A stretch of 63,833 bases of DNA, counting the filler, from Globobulimina sp. (lineage: Eukaryota): NCBI GenBank assembly GCA_003354225.1. It is 43 parts of 43 records of this genome, joined end to end, with 100 filler letters (N's around TTAATTAATTAA, not from the genome) between each part and the next. Parts side by side here need not be neighbours in the genome. Positions count along the whole stretch, not along the records: positions 60,962 to 62,347 come from PIVH01017524.1; positions 62,448 to 63,833 come from PIVH01017525.1; 41 more parts are not named here. One strand, given 5' to 3'. This document shows, in pieces, positions 60,964 through 63,833 of the stretch (position 1 is the first letter of the stretch; every line of letters starts with the position of its first letter). The notes under the pieces are model-generated. The model did not search any database, had not been told where the DNA came from, and was given only the letters and a program-made list of their open reading frames with translations. Both the position numbers and the translations under genes were made by a program.

Positions 60964-62064
60964 TGTAGTGCGGAGGAGCATTTTTATCACGGTTTTAATA
61001 AAAAGATATTGTTTAATAATTATCATTTGACCATAGAATTGCCATTATTTGTGACGCGTTCTTTAGATTTGCTGTCCTCGCATATGGACACCAATGATAA
61101 TGGGATAATATTCAAGTTATCGGGCTGTGGCAATACAGGCTCATCGTTCGGTTATCCCTATTTTGCGACGTGTATGCTGACAGATTTTAATTATACAAAT
61201 GATAGCGAGGCGATATTTTTCCACTGTAATTTAGCATTAAATGATATATTACAATGTCATCAATCGTTTGATATATATCTCAAATCGTTATATTTGTTTG
61301 AAAAAATTACGGGCGGATACTATTATTTTAATGGTTTGATGCAGTATGAAATGAATATTATTGCCATGATGAAAGCGTATTTATTCAAAACCGAAAGTAA
61401 TAATACTTTTAAAAATAGTAAAAACAGTAAAATTAGCAAAATACCGCCGTATATTCAACAATTATTTGAATATTTTTGTCAAGATATCCAATGTACTGAT
61501 ATTTGGTTTGTACCATCTGAATTAAACAAATTATCCAAGGAATTAAAGGAATTATTATTTAATGTGTGGCAGAATAGAAATGAAATTAAAATGCAATTTG
61601 TGCAAGAATTTCAATGGAATATTGTTGGTGAGATATTGTTTAAATTTCATTCTTTATCAGAACATTCTGCGATGACTGGACCTATTTTTTGTTGTAAAAT
61701 AAGCAAAATTGAGGATGGTAAAGAACAAGAATCAGAATCAAAAGAGCAACAACAACAACGTGCGGATGCAATGAGTATAGATCAATGTGCAATCTTTATC
61801 CCATATTGCCGCAAATCCACAATGCGTAAAAATGATTGTGGCGAATTTGGATTAATTTTGCAAAAATTACCTCTCGGTGTTACATCCATATTGTTTGAGT
61901 ATGAGGTGTATTGCCCAGAGGCTGCATATTCATTACGAGTACCACCACAAAAATGGATGACTAATGGAGAAAATGTAGCTTTTACCTCATTCAAAACATC
62001 TAAAATAAATAACATGTCGCCATTTACCTATAACGTTGCATTAAAAATAAAGCAAATTAAATGA
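60964..62064 (+). CDS. Degenerate ART-like domain followed by a MATH/TRAF-like C-terminal domain, 5'-partial
   Basis: FYHGF...LPLFVT...GIIFKL...YF...DSEAIFF parallels 8929-10315; FQWNI...GPIF...FGLIL...FEYEVYC has a MATH-like pattern. Confidence 0.45.
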   Translation, partial: CSAEEHFYHGFNKKILFNNYHLTIELPLFVTRSLDLLSSHMDTNDNGIIFKLSGCGNTGSSFGYPYFATCMLTDFNYTNDSEAIFFHCNLALNDILQCHQSFDIYLKSLYLFEKITGGYYYFNGLMQYEMNIIAMMKAYLFKTESNNTFKNSKNSKISKIPPYIQQLFEYFCQDIQCTDIWFVPSELNKLSKELKELLFNVWQNRNEIKMQFVQEFQWNIVGEILFKFHSLSEHSAMTGPIFCCKISKIEDGKEQESESKEQQQQRADAMSIDQCAIFIPYCRKSTMRKNDCGEFGLILQKLPLGVTSILFEYEVYCPEAAYSLRVPPQKWMTNGENVAFTSFKTSKINNMSPFTYNVALKIKQIK

Positions 62065-62678
62065 CCTATGAAGTATAAAATATTATATCATATTGCAGTT
62101 ATTAATGCAGTGTACCATTTATATGTTTTTTTTGTTTTATTTATTTGCATTAAAATTTCGTAAATAAATTTTTTTGTTGGTTCAATCATTGAACTTCGAT
62201 GTCTGGCAACAAAAATATTTGTTTAACCTGTGTTTGGTGTGTATTTAGTGTAGACATCTCACAGATTATTGCATTTTTAACACGATGTATTAGTAATATT
62301 AATTAGTGTGAAAAAACCTTTCTGTAAACTCCCAATAGTTCGCTATTNNNNNNNNNNNNNNNNNNNNNNNNNNNNNNNNNNNNNNNNNNNNTTAATTAAT
62401 TAANNNNNNNNNNNNNNNNNNNNNNNNNNNNNNNNNNNNNNNNNNNNCTATTGGATAGGGATCATCGCAACAAGTTCTATGTGATTTGACAAACTCATCG
62501 TTGATTGTAAAAATATCGTATTTATGCATTATTCTGTGTTTTCACATTTTGCAAATATCGCAATGCGTAAATTAGATATTCTTCATGGACTACACTAGTA
62601 ACACTACTGTGACATTGGTGTTGATAATATTTATTATTTACACTAAAACAAAAAAAATAATATATAATTTAATAATTA

Positions 62679-63833
62679 TTATTTTGATAAATCATAAGAG
62701 TCAAACATATACGCAGGTAAATACCCGGCAATATCTTTTCTATCAACATGAGCGCCGTATTTACACATTAAATCTAAGAAATGCAAGGCATTCTTCGCAG
62801 GTTTTGGCATAGTTTTATTTTTCTCATCATCTCGATTCGACCTTTCATTATTTTTTTCGCCTTGCTCATGAATATGACATCGGACAAATTGACATAACAA
62901 TGCAATAATTTGAGTGGTATAATTTGGATGGAATTGCTTTAACATTGTTAATATGCCAACAATTAGCGGCGTAGCATCAAATTGTTGGTTTGTAGTGATA
63001 TAACATAAGGAATTAAACGAATGATTGTATGATAATTTATTAATTTGTGATATGATATATAAGAATAATATGGTGGACAAACATGGCAATGGATCACAGG
63101 TAATATATATTTTCGCCATGGGATTGCAGATACCCGTAAAGTTTAAATGTTCCGCTAGATCGCCCAACACATTCTTATTATCATCGCCAGTCGGATAGGA
63201 CCGCGTATTTGGTGATCGATAATGGGCCTTGACATCAAATAACAACGAATCATTCATTGCCTCCAATGTGCAGGTTAGCATTTTACTGTCTATTTTGGCC
63301 TGGAAATTCAGCGCACAGTTCATTTGTCGACGTAATAACTGTTTCTGTCCGACATCGGATAATATGGCGCCAAAGGTTTGGAAATATTTTTTATTTTGAA
63401 ATTCTGAGACATAAATGGAATATAATTTAAGTGCAGAGGGCGGCAAAAAAGATAAATTATTGCTATTCGATTCCATATCACCCATTAATTTATGTTTAAA
63501 CTGCGTTAATAATTTGATGGTATCATTGCCGATTTTACGGTGATATTCTTTGGTAAATTTCTGTAGCTCCGCCACAATCATATAACCAATCAGTTGATCC
63601 AAACCATTTAAGCCCACCGCACCCAAACCTTGCAATATTAAATTAAAGGTCCGAATGCCAACAGAGATACGAAAGTTACTCGGAATATACCACGCTTGCT
63701 TGAAATCGGCGTAAATAGTCTCTGTATAATGCGTCCGTTTTATTACCTCATTAATGACCCGACCAGTGAAGTTATAGGCATTCGGTCGCTTTGATTTCAA
63801 AAATCGAGGAATTGGGATTGAATCCGATTGATA
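62679..63833 (-). CDS. WASHC5: Strumpellin (WASH complex subunit 5), C-terminal part
   Basis: GLNGLDQLIGYMIV, GQKQLLRR, DSKML...MNDSLL.D..AHY..P...YP, GI.NP..KIYIT, PLIVGILTMLKQFHP.YT. Confidence 0.9.
   Translation of the reverse strand, partial: YQSDSIPIPRFLKSKRPNAYNFTGRVINEVIKRTHYTETIYADFKQAWYIPSNFRISVGIRTFNLILQGLGAVGLNGLDQLIGYMIVAELQKFTKEYHRKIGNDTIKLLTQFKHKLMGDMESNSNNLSFLPPSALKLYSIYVSEFQNKKYFQTFGAILSDVGQKQLLRRQMNCALNFQAKIDSKMLTCTLEAMNDSLLFDVKAHYRSPNTRSYPTGDDNKNVLGDLAEHLNFTGICNPMAKIYITCDPLPCLSTILFLYIISQINKLSYNHSFNSLCYITTNQQFDATPLIVGILTMLKQFHPNYTTQIIALLCQFVRCHIHEQGEKNNERSNRDDEKNKTMPKPAKNALHFLDLMCKYGAHVDRKDIAGYLPAYMFDSYDLSK

Overview
This window is not a contiguous locus. It is 43 unrelated contigs of 1386-1388 bp, ordered by decreasing length and joined by 100-nt spacers (44 N + TTAATTAATTAA + 44 N, giving stops in all six frames), so gene neighbourhoods across spacers mean nothing. 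Most contigs come from an AT-rich eukaryote with short GT-AG introns. The gene families suggest a foraminiferan or other rhizarian, which is inference. Recognisable host genes include Rab1-like GTPase, cytosolic HSP70, NFU1, poly(A) polymerase, a CCX/NCLX exchanger, LSM12, an SDR, a MUN-domain protein, STPG1-like, RGS, a 7TM protein, a DUF676 lipase, a PPR protein, a DYRK-like kinase, a class I aminotransferase and strumpellin. Mobile elements include an intact APE-RT LINE fragment missed by the ORF track, a decayed LINE, a CR1-like 3' end, a DIRS-order tyrosine recombinase with a split direct repeat, gypsy RT/RNase H and integrase plus LTR, a Polinton/Maverick pPolB and a catalytically eroded pogo transposase. 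Foreign DNA includes a Bacteroidota-like MFS-ROK pair, a GC-rich HzsA-related fragment, a giant-virus-like contig and metazoan-like contigs, and several contigs look like amplification chimeras. The most promising leads are an intron-containing R-S-E type ADP-ribosyltransferase family (one intact-looking copy, one degenerate copy fused to a MATH-like domain), a PPR protein that may run into an E/DYW editing module, a host-like filamentous-haemagglutinin-type repeat protein and a structured GC-rich island. All calls come from reading motifs by eye; no database searches were run.
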